This document shows, one piece after another, positions 1 to 8,308 of a stretch of DNA of 52,834 nt. Source of the stretch: an uncultured Oscillospiraceae bacterium (GTDB lineage Bacteria > Bacillota > Clostridia > Oscillospirales > Oscillospiraceae); NCBI GenBank assembly GCA_964411785.1, contig CAYPMJ010000001.1, positions 1 through 52,834 of the forward strand, written 5' to 3'. The position numbers and the translations under genes were made by a program. The notes under the pieces were generated by a model that saw only the letters and a program-made list of their open reading frames with translations, made no database searches and was not told where the DNA came from. The stretch's first letter is position 1. Every line of letters starts with the position of its first letter.

Positions 1-801
1 GGCCGTTGAATCCTTAAGCTCCACTCCGAAGACCTCCAGCTCCGTCAGTGCCGGGAACGGGCTGTCGTCCTGAGCCTTTTTAAGCTCCCTAAGCTCCAGC
101 CACTCCACTTCCCGCTGCTCCAGATGAAATGACTGCGGCGAGGCTGTCTTCACAGTATCCAGCCTCTCCACAGAGCCGTCACTGAAGAGCACAGTCACCT
201 GTTCCCACCAGCTGTCGTGGGGGAAATCCGCCCGTAATGTCAGCCGAATCTCGTCAACCAGCACCCTGCGGCCAAAGGAGAGGCGCAGCACCGCGTTCGG
301 ATCCCGGTTTATCCCCCAGCTCTCGTAAGGCCATGGGCCATGGGAGCTGTTCTCAAACACACCGTCTATCGCGTTTCTCGCGGCAAAGACCGCCTCGCCC
401 CGCGTCTCCACATTCGCCATGGCGTGTGGGAAGAAGCCATGCTCCCCGTGACAGTCATAGACGTTCCTCGCCAGGTCACGCCTGGCAGCTATCTCCTCAG
501 CTGAGGCAAAATGCGCCCGCAGAAGATGCCTTGAACCCGTAAAGCTCCTTGGAGAATAATTTGGTCTGTTATCTGCCGGCGGGATGGGGTAGTCCATTCT
601 GCTGCCAGGTATATAGACAAGCTCCGGCGGCAGTGTGTCCTCCAGCTGGATCACAAGGAAGCTCCCCTCCCTGTCCAGCTCCAGCACCACCCGATCCCCG
701 TCCTCATAGGGCTGATCCCAGAGAAAAGAGACCCGCTCCCCGGACCCGCTCTCCGCCAATGCTGTGCCCGCGGCGTTCTCAATTTTTATTGTAAGCTTCA
801 T
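1..801 (-). CDS. Partial CDS whose C-terminal end runs off the window. Hypothetical protein with a discoidin/F5-8-type-C-like beta-sandwich tail; the function is a guess.
   Basis: This ORF is absent from the supplied track because it has no stop in the window. The minus frame is open for 267 codons from the ATG at 801 to position 1 (MKLTIKIENAAGTALAE...WPYESWGINRDPNAVLRLSFGRRVLVDEIRLTLRADFPHDSWWEQVTVLFSDGSVERL...LTELEVFGVELKDSTA). Its ATG overlaps the upstream stop as ATGA (798-801). Codon usage matches the neighbouring genes. Confidence 0.6.
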   Translation of the reverse strand, partial: MKLTIKIENAAGTALAESGSGERVSFLWDQPYEDGDRVVLELDREGSFLVIQLEDTLPPELVYIPGSRMDYPIPPADNRPNYSPRSFTGSRHLLRAHFASAEEIAARRDLARNVYDCHGEHGFFPHAMANVETRGEAVFAARNAIDGVFENSSHGPWPYESWGINRDPNAVLRLSFGRRVLVDEIRLTLRADFPHDSWWEQVTVLFSDGSVERLDTVKTASPQSFHLEQREVEWLELRELKKAQDDSPFPALTELEVFGVELKDSTA

Positions 802-3113
802 TTCGTATTCCCCCTGACATCACAAGTCTGTCCAGCCAGGGAGCTCCCCCCTGGCTCCATCTCAAGCTCAACTCCCTGCGGGCCGCTGGCATCCAGTTCA
901 AGTCTCCCATTCACCATCCGCCAGCTGACCTTCACCACTCCGCGCGGAGTAATCACTTCCCCCTCGGCAGAGGTAAATATTCCCGGAAGCGGCTTTACCA
1001 GCAATCTCCCACATCCGGGCTCAGCCGGCCGCACACCCAGCACCGCCGACGGGAGCTCCCACAGCGCCAGTGCGCCCCAGGCGTGACAATCGCTGCGCGG
1101 ATTGCCCGCACTTTCAGCGCAGGTTGTCATATGATCCTCAACCATACGCCTCCACGCACTCCACAGCTCCCCTGTGTACTCATACAATTCACAGCGCTCC
1201 AGAGCCCTGAACAGATAAAACGCCATTGCCACAGAACATTGCGGATACTTCTCCGGTTCCTTAAGCGTCCTCTCAAGGACCGCCCGCCCCTGAGTCCTTG
1301 TGAGCGTACCTGTTAAGGCGCCGAACACCTGTCCGTGCTGGCTTATATCCTCCACCTCCGGGCCATCGCGCAGCAGTCCGTCGGCACCGAGACAGAATTT
1401 CCTGACAGCGCCTCTAAGCTCCTCGGCGCGGTTTTCCAGATCCGCGCGTTCCTCCTCAAGCTCCAGATACCCACACAGCTCTGCCGCGTATTCCAGCCCG
1501 AGCAGGTAAAGGAGGCTCTCCATTGTCAGCGGGCCGTGGTCCACTGCCGGAGGCACTCCCGTCCGCCACCGCGGCGTCCAGTCGATAAAGGACCACACCG
1601 GCCCCGCTCCATTGTAGCTTCCGAGTCTGTCCACCAGACCCCTTGAATCTCTTCTAGTATGAAAATAATTCAGTATTCCCCGCACCGTCGGCATGTGGCG
1701 TTCCAGCAGCGCTCTGTCACCGAAATACATCATGTGATCCCGGAGCATCCCGATGTAATAAATGGAAAATCCCGGTATGACATTGGGATCCACACTGGGA
1801 GCGCGGGCGTCCAGCATCCCATCCGGCCTCGCGGAGGCTCGGAAATCCTCCATGCACCGCCGCGCCAGACGGTCATCACCCGACACAGCGTAGGTATACA
1901 GCATCTCACTTCTGGCGTCCATAGTGTATTGAAGCTGCTCATAGAACGGACAGTCCTCATACGTCTCGTGCATACACAGGCGCAGGGAGCGGAGCGATAT
2001 GTCCCAGATTCCATCCATCCCCGGATCAGAGGTGGTCACATGAGTTCTGACCTCAAGCGGGTACTCCGTTTCGGTGTAGTCAAATCCAAGCAAGGTCAGA
2101 GGTTCGCCCGAGGTCTCCACCGTGAGGCGCACATATCTGAACGTTCTGAACCAGTACGGCTCATACACCTCCGGCAGCGCATCTGTGCCGCCTCCGCAGA
2201 CAGTGTACCTGTCCACATAGCCCACAAGCTCCCCTGATGCGTCAGAGCGGTCCCCCTTTCGGGGAAGTACCCTGTATCCCGCTTTCTCAGGCAGACTCTC
2301 CACATAGCACTCAGACTGCAGAAGCGTCACCTTTGCCCCCGCCCCTCCGGCGACAGCCAGGTGCAGATACCCTGTTGACAGCGCTCCGGCGTCAAAGTCC
2401 GCCCAAACGCAGCTTCCCGCCGGGACGCAAAGCGGATGCCCCTCACGAAACGCGTCCCAGGCACTCCTGGCGGCGTCGCAGGAGCATTTCGATATGCCTC
2501 TGAAGCCTCCGATCTCCTGTCTGAGAAGCGGTACAGGACGCGGTGAAAGCTCCCGTCCCGCAGCCGGAACGGCGTGGTTCCAGCCGCTGTCATCGTACAA
2601 TGGCTCCCTCCAGTTAAGGAGCGCTGCGTCCCCGGATGCCTCCTCATAAAACTGCAATGGCGCATACCAGGGATTCTCCGCAGCAAATCTGATTGAGCTG
2701 TCCCGGTGCGCACGCCAGTCAGGCCCAGTGGAGAAAGCCGGAACGCCATCCTCTCCTGCGGCGACGCTCACCACAGCAAGACCCGGAGTCCCGCTTCTCA
2801 GGACGCTCTGGTTCCCTGAGCGCCCCGGAGGGTAACGCAGCACGGCAACAGCCACCACGTTATCCCCTGCCCTTAGGGCTGCGGACAGATCCACTGTGTC
2901 AAAATAACGCTCCTCCCGGTTTCCCTTGGCCGGACCTGCCCCAAGAAAGACTCCGTTCACCCACAGCTTATACCTTGTCTCGGCGGCGACACGCACCGGG
3001 AAGCTCTCCGGAACATCGTCCAGAGTCAGCCGCCCACGGAAATATACCAGCTCCGTCTCAGCCGTCTCAGTCTTCTCAGCCTCGTCCGCCAGCCAGATAA
3101 AGCCGTGTTCCAT
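798..3113 (-). CDS. GH78-like alpha-L-rhamnosidase family protein (six-hairpin glycosidase)
   Basis: 771-aa ORF. The N-terminal YKLWVNGVFLGAGPAKG...YFDTVDL matches the rhamnosidase N-domain pattern. ETYEDCPFYEQLQYTMD resembles the DCPxRE-type catalytic-domain motif. Its start overlaps the upstream stop (TAATG at 3111-3115). There is no signal peptide. Confidence 0.65.
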   Translation of the reverse strand: MEHGFIWLADEAEKTETAETELVYFRGRLTLDDVPESFPVRVAAETRYKLWVNGVFLGAGPAKGNREERYFDTVDLSAALRAGDNVVAVAVLRYPPGRSGNQSVLRSGTPGLAVVSVAAGEDGVPAFSTGPDWRAHRDSSIRFAAENPWYAPLQFYEEASGDAALLNWREPLYDDSGWNHAVPAAGRELSPRPVPLLRQEIGGFRGISKCSCDAARSAWDAFREGHPLCVPAGSCVWADFDAGALSTGYLHLAVAGGAGAKVTLLQSECYVESLPEKAGYRVLPRKGDRSDASGELVGYVDRYTVCGGGTDALPEVYEPYWFRTFRYVRLTVETSGEPLTLLGFDYTETEYPLEVRTHVTTSDPGMDGIWDISLRSLRLCMHETYEDCPFYEQLQYTMDARSEMLYTYAVSGDDRLARRCMEDFRASARPDGMLDARAPSVDPNVIPGFSIYYIGMLRDHMMYFGDRALLERHMPTVRGILNYFHTRRDSRGLVDRLGSYNGAGPVWSFIDWTPRWRTGVPPAVDHGPLTMESLLYLLGLEYAAELCGYLELEEERADLENRAEELRGAVRKFCLGADGLLRDGPEVEDISQHGQVFGALTGTLTRTQGRAVLERTLKEPEKYPQCSVAMAFYLFRALERCELYEYTGELWSAWRRMVEDHMTTCAESAGNPRSDCHAWGALALWELPSAVLGVRPAEPGCGRLLVKPLPGIFTSAEGEVITPRGVVKVSWRMVNGRLELDASGPQGVELEMEPGGSSLAGQTCDVRGNTK

Positions 3114-4855
3114 TAAAAGGCGTCCTTGCCCGTCCAGCGTCTGCGTATGGCGTAGGCCGCCATTTTCGGCTGGCGCTGGCGTGTGAATACGCCCTTGCGG
3201 TTTCCATCCACGCGGCGCAGATCCGCGTTTGTATTGAAGTCCGCGAATGCCCAGATGTGCTCACCAATCACGAAGTCACACTCATCTATTGCCCTGTCGT
3301 TCTCCAGCAGGTACTGGACCTGGAACTCCTCGGTGAACATGACCTCCGGAAGCTTGTGAATCCCCGCCACGGCGTCAGCTCCGTACTCAGTTACCAGAAC
3401 CGGGCGTCTGTACTTCCTGAACCACTTCTGAAGGTCCTCTCTCATGATCGGGTAAATACGGTCCAGTCTGCCTGTGTCGCTGTACCAGCCAAAATAGCGG
3501 TTTACACATATCACATCCAGAAATTGCCCCACGCGGTCCGTCTCAGCATTGGAGTTTATAACCACAGTAACCGGCCTTGTGCTGTCCAATGAGCGCATGT
3601 GATCCGTTATCTCCTTGAAGTACGCCTCCGCGCCCTCCTCATCGGTCTTTGGCTCATTGGCTACACTCCACATAACAACGCACGGGTGGTTTCTGTCGCG
3701 GTTATAAAGCTCTGTCAGAGCTTCCTTGTGATAGGCCAGCGTGGCTTCATTCACCCGCTTCTCCTGGAAAACGGACTCGCTGGAGAAGAAATTCATTCCC
3801 ACAGCGGGCACCTCGTCTATAATAACGACGCCCTGCCTGTCGGCCATCTGCATTATCTCTTCGGAGTATGGATAGTGCGAGGTGCGGAAGGAATTTGCTC
3901 CTATCCATCGCAGCAGTTCAAAATCTCTGACGTTTACAGCCTCATCCAGGCCCTTGCCGCGGATATCGCTGTCCTCGTGCTTCCCGAAGCCTCTGAAGCG
4001 GAAGGGCTTTCCGTTTATGAGGAACTGCTTCTCCGTCACCTTCACCGTCCGTATGCCCACGGGAAGCTCATAGTGATCTCTCCCTGCCGTGATAACAAGG
4101 CTGTAAAGATACGCATTGCCAGGCTCCCACAGATGCGCAGAGGGGATCACAAGCGCACCGCAACTCCCGTCACAGGCCGCAACGCAGACACCGCCGGCAT
4201 CATAAGCCTCCGCCTTCACAGGTACGGATTCGCCCACGATCGACGCCTCATAGCGGATAATCCCGTCTTTTCCGCTTATCTGCGTATTTGTCCATATCTG
4301 ATCCACATATGTCCTCGGCGTCGTGTAAAGCACCACAGGCCTGTGCAGACCTGAGTAGTTGAAGAAATCGAAGTTATACTTCTGCTCCTGCTTCCCCAGG
4401 CAATCCTCTCTGACCCAGCCCACAGGCAGACAGCTCCAGTCAAGGACATTGGAGAGCGCGACGACAAGCCTGTTGCTTCCCGCCTTTACGAGGTCTGTCA
4501 CCTCCGCCTCGAAGGGCAGGAACCCGCCCTTGTGTCGCATAAGCTCCCTGCCGTTCACGTATACCACAGCGTGATGCGCCGCCGCGCCGAAGCGCAGCAC
4601 CACTCTCTCCTTCAGCCACGCCTCCGGAACCACAAGGTCCCGTTCATACCAGACCACACCCACATGGTCTCTCAGGCTCCTGTCAGTCGTTATATCGTTG
4701 TAGCTGGCCGGCACAGGCATCTCCATGGTGGGTGAGGGCAGCCCCTCACACCATTTATCCCGCTCACCCTCGCCTGGCTCAGACTCCGGGCGGAAGCGCC
4801 AGATGCCGTTCAGCTCCTTGCGCTGACGGACTTCATTTTCAATGGGATAGAGCAT
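3113..4855 (-). CDS. uidA: Beta-glucuronidase (GH2)
   Basis: 580 aa, collinear with E. coli GusA as I remember it: MLYPIENE..., FDFFNYSGLHR, SFRTSHYPY, acid/base WSVANEP, nucleophile VTEYGAD and the glucuronide-specific N-x-K motif (GNRKGVFT). An AGGAGGT SD site lies 4 nt upstream of the ATG. Confidence 0.95.
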   Translation of the reverse strand: MLYPIENEVRQRKELNGIWRFRPESEPGEGERDKWCEGLPSPTMEMPVPASYNDITTDRSLRDHVGVVWYERDLVVPEAWLKERVVLRFGAAAHHAVVYVNGRELMRHKGGFLPFEAEVTDLVKAGSNRLVVALSNVLDWSCLPVGWVREDCLGKQEQKYNFDFFNYSGLHRPVVLYTTPRTYVDQIWTNTQISGKDGIIRYEASIVGESVPVKAEAYDAGGVCVAACDGSCGALVIPSAHLWEPGNAYLYSLVITAGRDHYELPVGIRTVKVTEKQFLINGKPFRFRGFGKHEDSDIRGKGLDEAVNVRDFELLRWIGANSFRTSHYPYSEEIMQMADRQGVVIIDEVPAVGMNFFSSESVFQEKRVNEATLAYHKEALTELYNRDRNHPCVVMWSVANEPKTDEEGAEAYFKEITDHMRSLDSTRPVTVVINSNAETDRVGQFLDVICVNRYFGWYSDTGRLDRIYPIMREDLQKWFRKYRRPVLVTEYGADAVAGIHKLPEVMFTEEFQVQYLLENDRAIDECDFVIGEHIWAFADFNTNADLRRVDGNRKGVFTRQRQPKMAAYAIRRRWTGKDAF

Positions 4856-4876
4856 CTTTACCTCCTGAATTCATCT

Positions 4877-6370
4877 TTATTCGGCCGCAATAGTGAACGC
4901 CGCAACAGAGCATGGCGGCAGTACCGCCGAAAAGCCGTCCTCCGCCGCTGTGACGGCAAGGGGAACAGGGTGTACAGCGTCCGGCACCTCAAATGTGTTC
5001 CGGGCGTCAACGGCGCCGGTGAGCACCCTGGCTTCCACGGCCCCTCCCCTGCGCCCAGCGACTAAGCAGCGCACAGGTGCGCTCTCATTGTCACTGAGAT
5101 TTGCCGCTGTGAGAAGTATATTCCCGTTCTTCTGTTCGCTGGCTGAGACGCTGAGAGTCGGGACAGTATAGTCTGCAGCCCCGACAAGCCGCGTCTCGGC
5201 GTAGGTCTCAAGCTGCTTTGCGTCCTGGTGGTCCTTGTACATGTCAAACACATGATACGTTGGCGTCAGAATCATTTCAGGGCCCTCCGTCAGGACAAGG
5301 CTCTGGAGTACATTTGCAACCTGGGCTATGTTAGCCATGACCACTCTGTCGCAGCGGTCATTGAACAGATTCAGCGTCAAGGCCGCCACAATGGCGTCAC
5401 GCATCGTGTTCTGCTGGTACAGGAACCCCGGCTCTGTCCCCGGCTCCACATCGAACCATGTTCCCCACTCGTCCACAACAAGGCCGGTTTTTTCCTTCTT
5501 CTCCTCGGTCATCTTCTCATTCTGTTCTATCGCCCGGATGTGGTTATCAAGCAGCTCCTTCATCCTCAGTGCCTTGGCGAGAGTCACATAATATTCCTGC
5601 CTTGTAAAGTCCGTGGCACTGCCCTTGTGCTTCCAGTCGCCCGGAACGGTGTAGTAGTGAAGCGACACGGCGTTCACAAGCTCCCCAGCCTCCCGCGTCA
5701 CAACCTCTGTCCAGCGATAGTCATCCACATTGGCGCCCGACGCAATCTTATAAAGCGGGTGCTTCCGGTCATATGTCCGCAGGAAGGTTGAGTACTGACG
5801 GCACAGATCCGCGTAGTACTCCGGGCGCATGTTGCCGCCGCAGCCCCACGCCTCGTTGCCAAGGCCCCAGTATCTGACGTTCCATGGGTCTTCACGCCCA
5901 TTCTGTCTGCGGAGCGCCGCCATGGGTGATTCTCCGCCCATGTTGCAATACTCCACCCAGTCGGAAAACTCGTGTACTGTGCCGCTTCCGATATTTCCGC
6001 TTATGTACGGCTCACAGCCAAGCTTTTCGCAAAGCGTCAGAAACTCATGAGTGCCAAATGAGTTATCCTCCGTGACTCCGCCCCAGTTGGTATTCACAAT
6101 CGTCTTGCGGGCAGGCCCAGGGCCGATGCCGTCCATCCAGTGGTAGGTGTCCGCGAAGCAGCCCCCGGGCCAGCGCAGCACCGGCACTCGGACACGACGC
6201 AGCGCGTTCAGCACGTCGGTGCGCATTCCGTCCTCATTCGGTATCGCCGAGTTCTCCCCCACATACAGTCCCTCATAGATGCAGCGGCCCAGATGCTCAG
6301 AAAAATGGCCATAGATGTTCCGGTTGATGGTGCCCCTGGAACGGCCGGTATTTATAATGATATACGCCAT
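4877..6370 (-). CDS. abfA: Alpha-L-arabinofuranosidase (GH51)
   Basis: 497 aa. It contains NIYGHFSEHLGRCIYEG, LRWPGGCFAD, acid/base GLGNEAWGCGG and nucleophile VVDEWGTW. An AAGGAGAAGG SD site is present. Confidence 0.93.
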   Translation of the reverse strand: MAYIIINTGRSRGTINRNIYGHFSEHLGRCIYEGLYVGENSAIPNEDGMRTDVLNALRRVRVPVLRWPGGCFADTYHWMDGIGPGPARKTIVNTNWGGVTEDNSFGTHEFLTLCEKLGCEPYISGNIGSGTVHEFSDWVEYCNMGGESPMAALRRQNGREDPWNVRYWGLGNEAWGCGGNMRPEYYADLCRQYSTFLRTYDRKHPLYKIASGANVDDYRWTEVVTREAGELVNAVSLHYYTVPGDWKHKGSATDFTRQEYYVTLAKALRMKELLDNHIRAIEQNEKMTEEKKEKTGLVVDEWGTWFDVEPGTEPGFLYQQNTMRDAIVAALTLNLFNDRCDRVVMANIAQVANVLQSLVLTEGPEMILTPTYHVFDMYKDHQDAKQLETYAETRLVGAADYTVPTLSVSASEQKNGNILLTAANLSDNESAPVRCLVAGRRGGAVEARVLTGAVDARNTFEVPDAVHPVPLAVTAAEDGFSAVLPPCSVAAFTIAAE

Positions 6371-6400
6371 AACCTTCTCCTTGATTTAATTAAATGGGCG

Positions 6401-8128
6401 TCAGAGCTGTGGTTCCCCGACAAGCGTCACTGCGCCGGGGTCACGATCCTCCGTCTCAAAGAGTATAACCTCATTTTCTCCCGAATGCAATAGTGGAGCT
6501 GGAATATATAATCTTTTCTGTGGGCCGATCTCCCAGTAGCGGCCAAGGTTGAACCTGTTCACGAACGCACAGCCCTTGCCCCAGCCTGAGTAGTCCAGCC
6601 AGGTGTCATCCGGATCCCCATCCAGTTTAAATACAAATCGGTGAAAGCATGGCCCTGTGACCTCTGCCTTGCTGAACGCAAGTCCGTCAAGGTCAGTGAG
6701 GGGCAGCGAATACGCCTCCCATCCTCTAAGCACCTCCCCGTCCGCCAGGACAGGCCCTATCAATCCCTTTCTCTGGTTCCGCAGACGTGGCCCGTAATTC
6801 ACACGTCCCATATTTTCAACCAGAATATCCAGCGTACTCCCACTGTCTATGGAAACTGCGTGCTCACCGGGAATTTCCCTGTCCAGCAGCGTGAGTACTG
6901 TCCTTCCATCGACCAGAACCTTGACGCGATCCATGGCTGGAATGACCAGACTTTCTGCGTTTCTCTCCATTTTATGTCTGTAAAGTATATATCCATAGCT
7001 CTGCCCGAGCTTCTCCATACAGCATGGCTCCTGGAGCTTATACGAAGCTGCTACGGCGTCAAGCGATCCGAGGAGCGCCGCGCGGCCTGTCTCCTCAAGT
7101 CTGCCATATGCTGCGGTTTTCGGATTTTCGGGAACCGGGTCCTGGACGTCGCTATATTTCTCTAAGACTCTGCGGAAGGCAAGATATTTCTCCGTAATTG
7201 CGCCTCCCTCTGAAAGAGGCGCGTCATAATCGTAGCTTGTCACGTCAGGCGCAAGCTTTTCATAATAATTTGATCCGTTCATAAAGCCGAAGTTTGTGCC
7301 TCCGCAGAACATATAGATATTGACACTGCCCCGGCTGACAACCTCCTCCAGCTCTCTCGCGGCCTTTTCAGCGCTGGTGGTATTGTGGGCTTCGTCTCCC
7401 CACGCGTCAAACCAGCCGTCCCAGAACTCGGTACACATAAGCGGCCCGCCGCCGTTTACCTGAGCCAGCTTTTCAAATTTCTCCGCAGCGCCCGAGCCAA
7501 AGTTGGCCGTGGGCAGCGCGTCAGGCACTATCCCGCGTCTGAGGTCGTTTTCGAAGTTGTCCGACGTAATAAACGGGACAGTCGCCCCGTGGCGGCGAAG
7601 GATTGCGGCCATCTTTTTGAGATACTCCGTATCATTTCCGTACGCTCCGTACTCATTTTCAACCTGCATCAGCAGTATTGGCCCGCCCTCGTCTATCTGC
7701 AACGGTGCAAGCACCGGCATAAGGGCGCCGTAATAGCAGTCCATATAATCAAGAAACGGTCCCTCCCTCACCCGGACAGGAATTGGCTCCTCACCATCCA
7801 GCAGCCAGGCCGGCAGGCCCCCGAATTCCCATTCAGCACATATGAACGGCGACGGCCGTACTATTGCGTAAAGGCCGAGCTTCTGTGCTGTCCGCAGAAA
7901 TTCCCCCACATCAAGTCCGCGGGAAAAAACGTATTTTTCACGCTGCGGCTCGTGGAGATTCCAGGGTATGTATGTCTCCACTGTATTGAGTCCCATAGCC
8001 CGCAGCTTCCTCAGCCTGTCCTCCCACTGCTCCGGAACGACGCGAAAATAGTGCAGCGCGCCTGAGAGCAGCTTGAAAGGCTTTCCATCCAGTAAAAATT
8101 CACCTTTTCCAATAACAAATCGGCTCAT
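6401..8128 (-). CDS. Beta-galactosidase (GH35)
   Basis: It contains FLLDGKPFKLLSGALHYFR, TYIPWNLHEP, acid/base MQVENEYG and nucleophile CTEFWDGWF. I place the start at ATG 8128 (MSRFVIGKG...), which has an AAGGA SD site 9 nt upstream. The ORF-track start at 8263 adds 45 non-homologous residues with no SD site. Confidence 0.88.
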   Translation of the reverse strand: MSRFVIGKGEFLLDGKPFKLLSGALHYFRVVPEQWEDRLRKLRAMGLNTVETYIPWNLHEPQREKYVFSRGLDVGEFLRTAQKLGLYAIVRPSPFICAEWEFGGLPAWLLDGEEPIPVRVREGPFLDYMDCYYGALMPVLAPLQIDEGGPILLMQVENEYGAYGNDTEYLKKMAAILRRHGATVPFITSDNFENDLRRGIVPDALPTANFGSGAAEKFEKLAQVNGGGPLMCTEFWDGWFDAWGDEAHNTTSAEKAARELEEVVSRGSVNIYMFCGGTNFGFMNGSNYYEKLAPDVTSYDYDAPLSEGGAITEKYLAFRRVLEKYSDVQDPVPENPKTAAYGRLEETGRAALLGSLDAVAASYKLQEPCCMEKLGQSYGYILYRHKMERNAESLVIPAMDRVKVLVDGRTVLTLLDREIPGEHAVSIDSGSTLDILVENMGRVNYGPRLRNQRKGLIGPVLADGEVLRGWEAYSLPLTDLDGLAFSKAEVTGPCFHRFVFKLDGDPDDTWLDYSGWGKGCAFVNRFNLGRYWEIGPQKRLYIPAPLLHSGENEVILFETEDRDPGAVTLVGEPQL

Positions 8129-8196
8129 AAAATCTGTCCTTTTATACTCATCCATCGTATAAAAATCATTGTGGCTGCAACTTCTCCCAAATGAAG

Positions 8197-8225
8197 CAAA
8201 ATGGCCGCTGGAGGCGGCCATTTTG
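8197..8225 (-). terminator. Stem-loop immediately downstream of the SBP gene; intrinsic terminator or mRNA-stabilising hairpin
   Basis: A perfect 12-bp stem (CAAAATGGCCGC / GCGGCCATTTTG) closes a 5-nt loop. On the minus strand the GC core is followed by ATTTTGCTTCATTT. Confidence 0.6.
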
Positions 8226-8308
8226 CATCTGCAACCGGGCTGCGTTCCCGTAAGAATCTTCATCCCGCTGCAATTTTCAGTCAGAAACTTTCAAACCCCC
8301 GGGCTAAA

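Noticed and set aside
237-794. Two plus-strand ORFs (101 and 81 aa) from the track
   Set aside because: Their translations are Pro/Arg/Ser-rich, which is typical of the wrong strand in high-GC coding DNA. They lie antisense to a continuous, well-behaved minus-strand frame that is translationally coupled to the upstream gene.
8129-8263. 45-residue N-terminal extension of the GH35 ORF
   Set aside because: The ATG at 8263 has no SD site, and the extension (MKILTGTQPGCRCK...) has no counterpart at GH35 N-termini. ATG 8128 has an AAGGA SD site, and the protein then begins right at the conserved F-x-LDG-K-P-F region.
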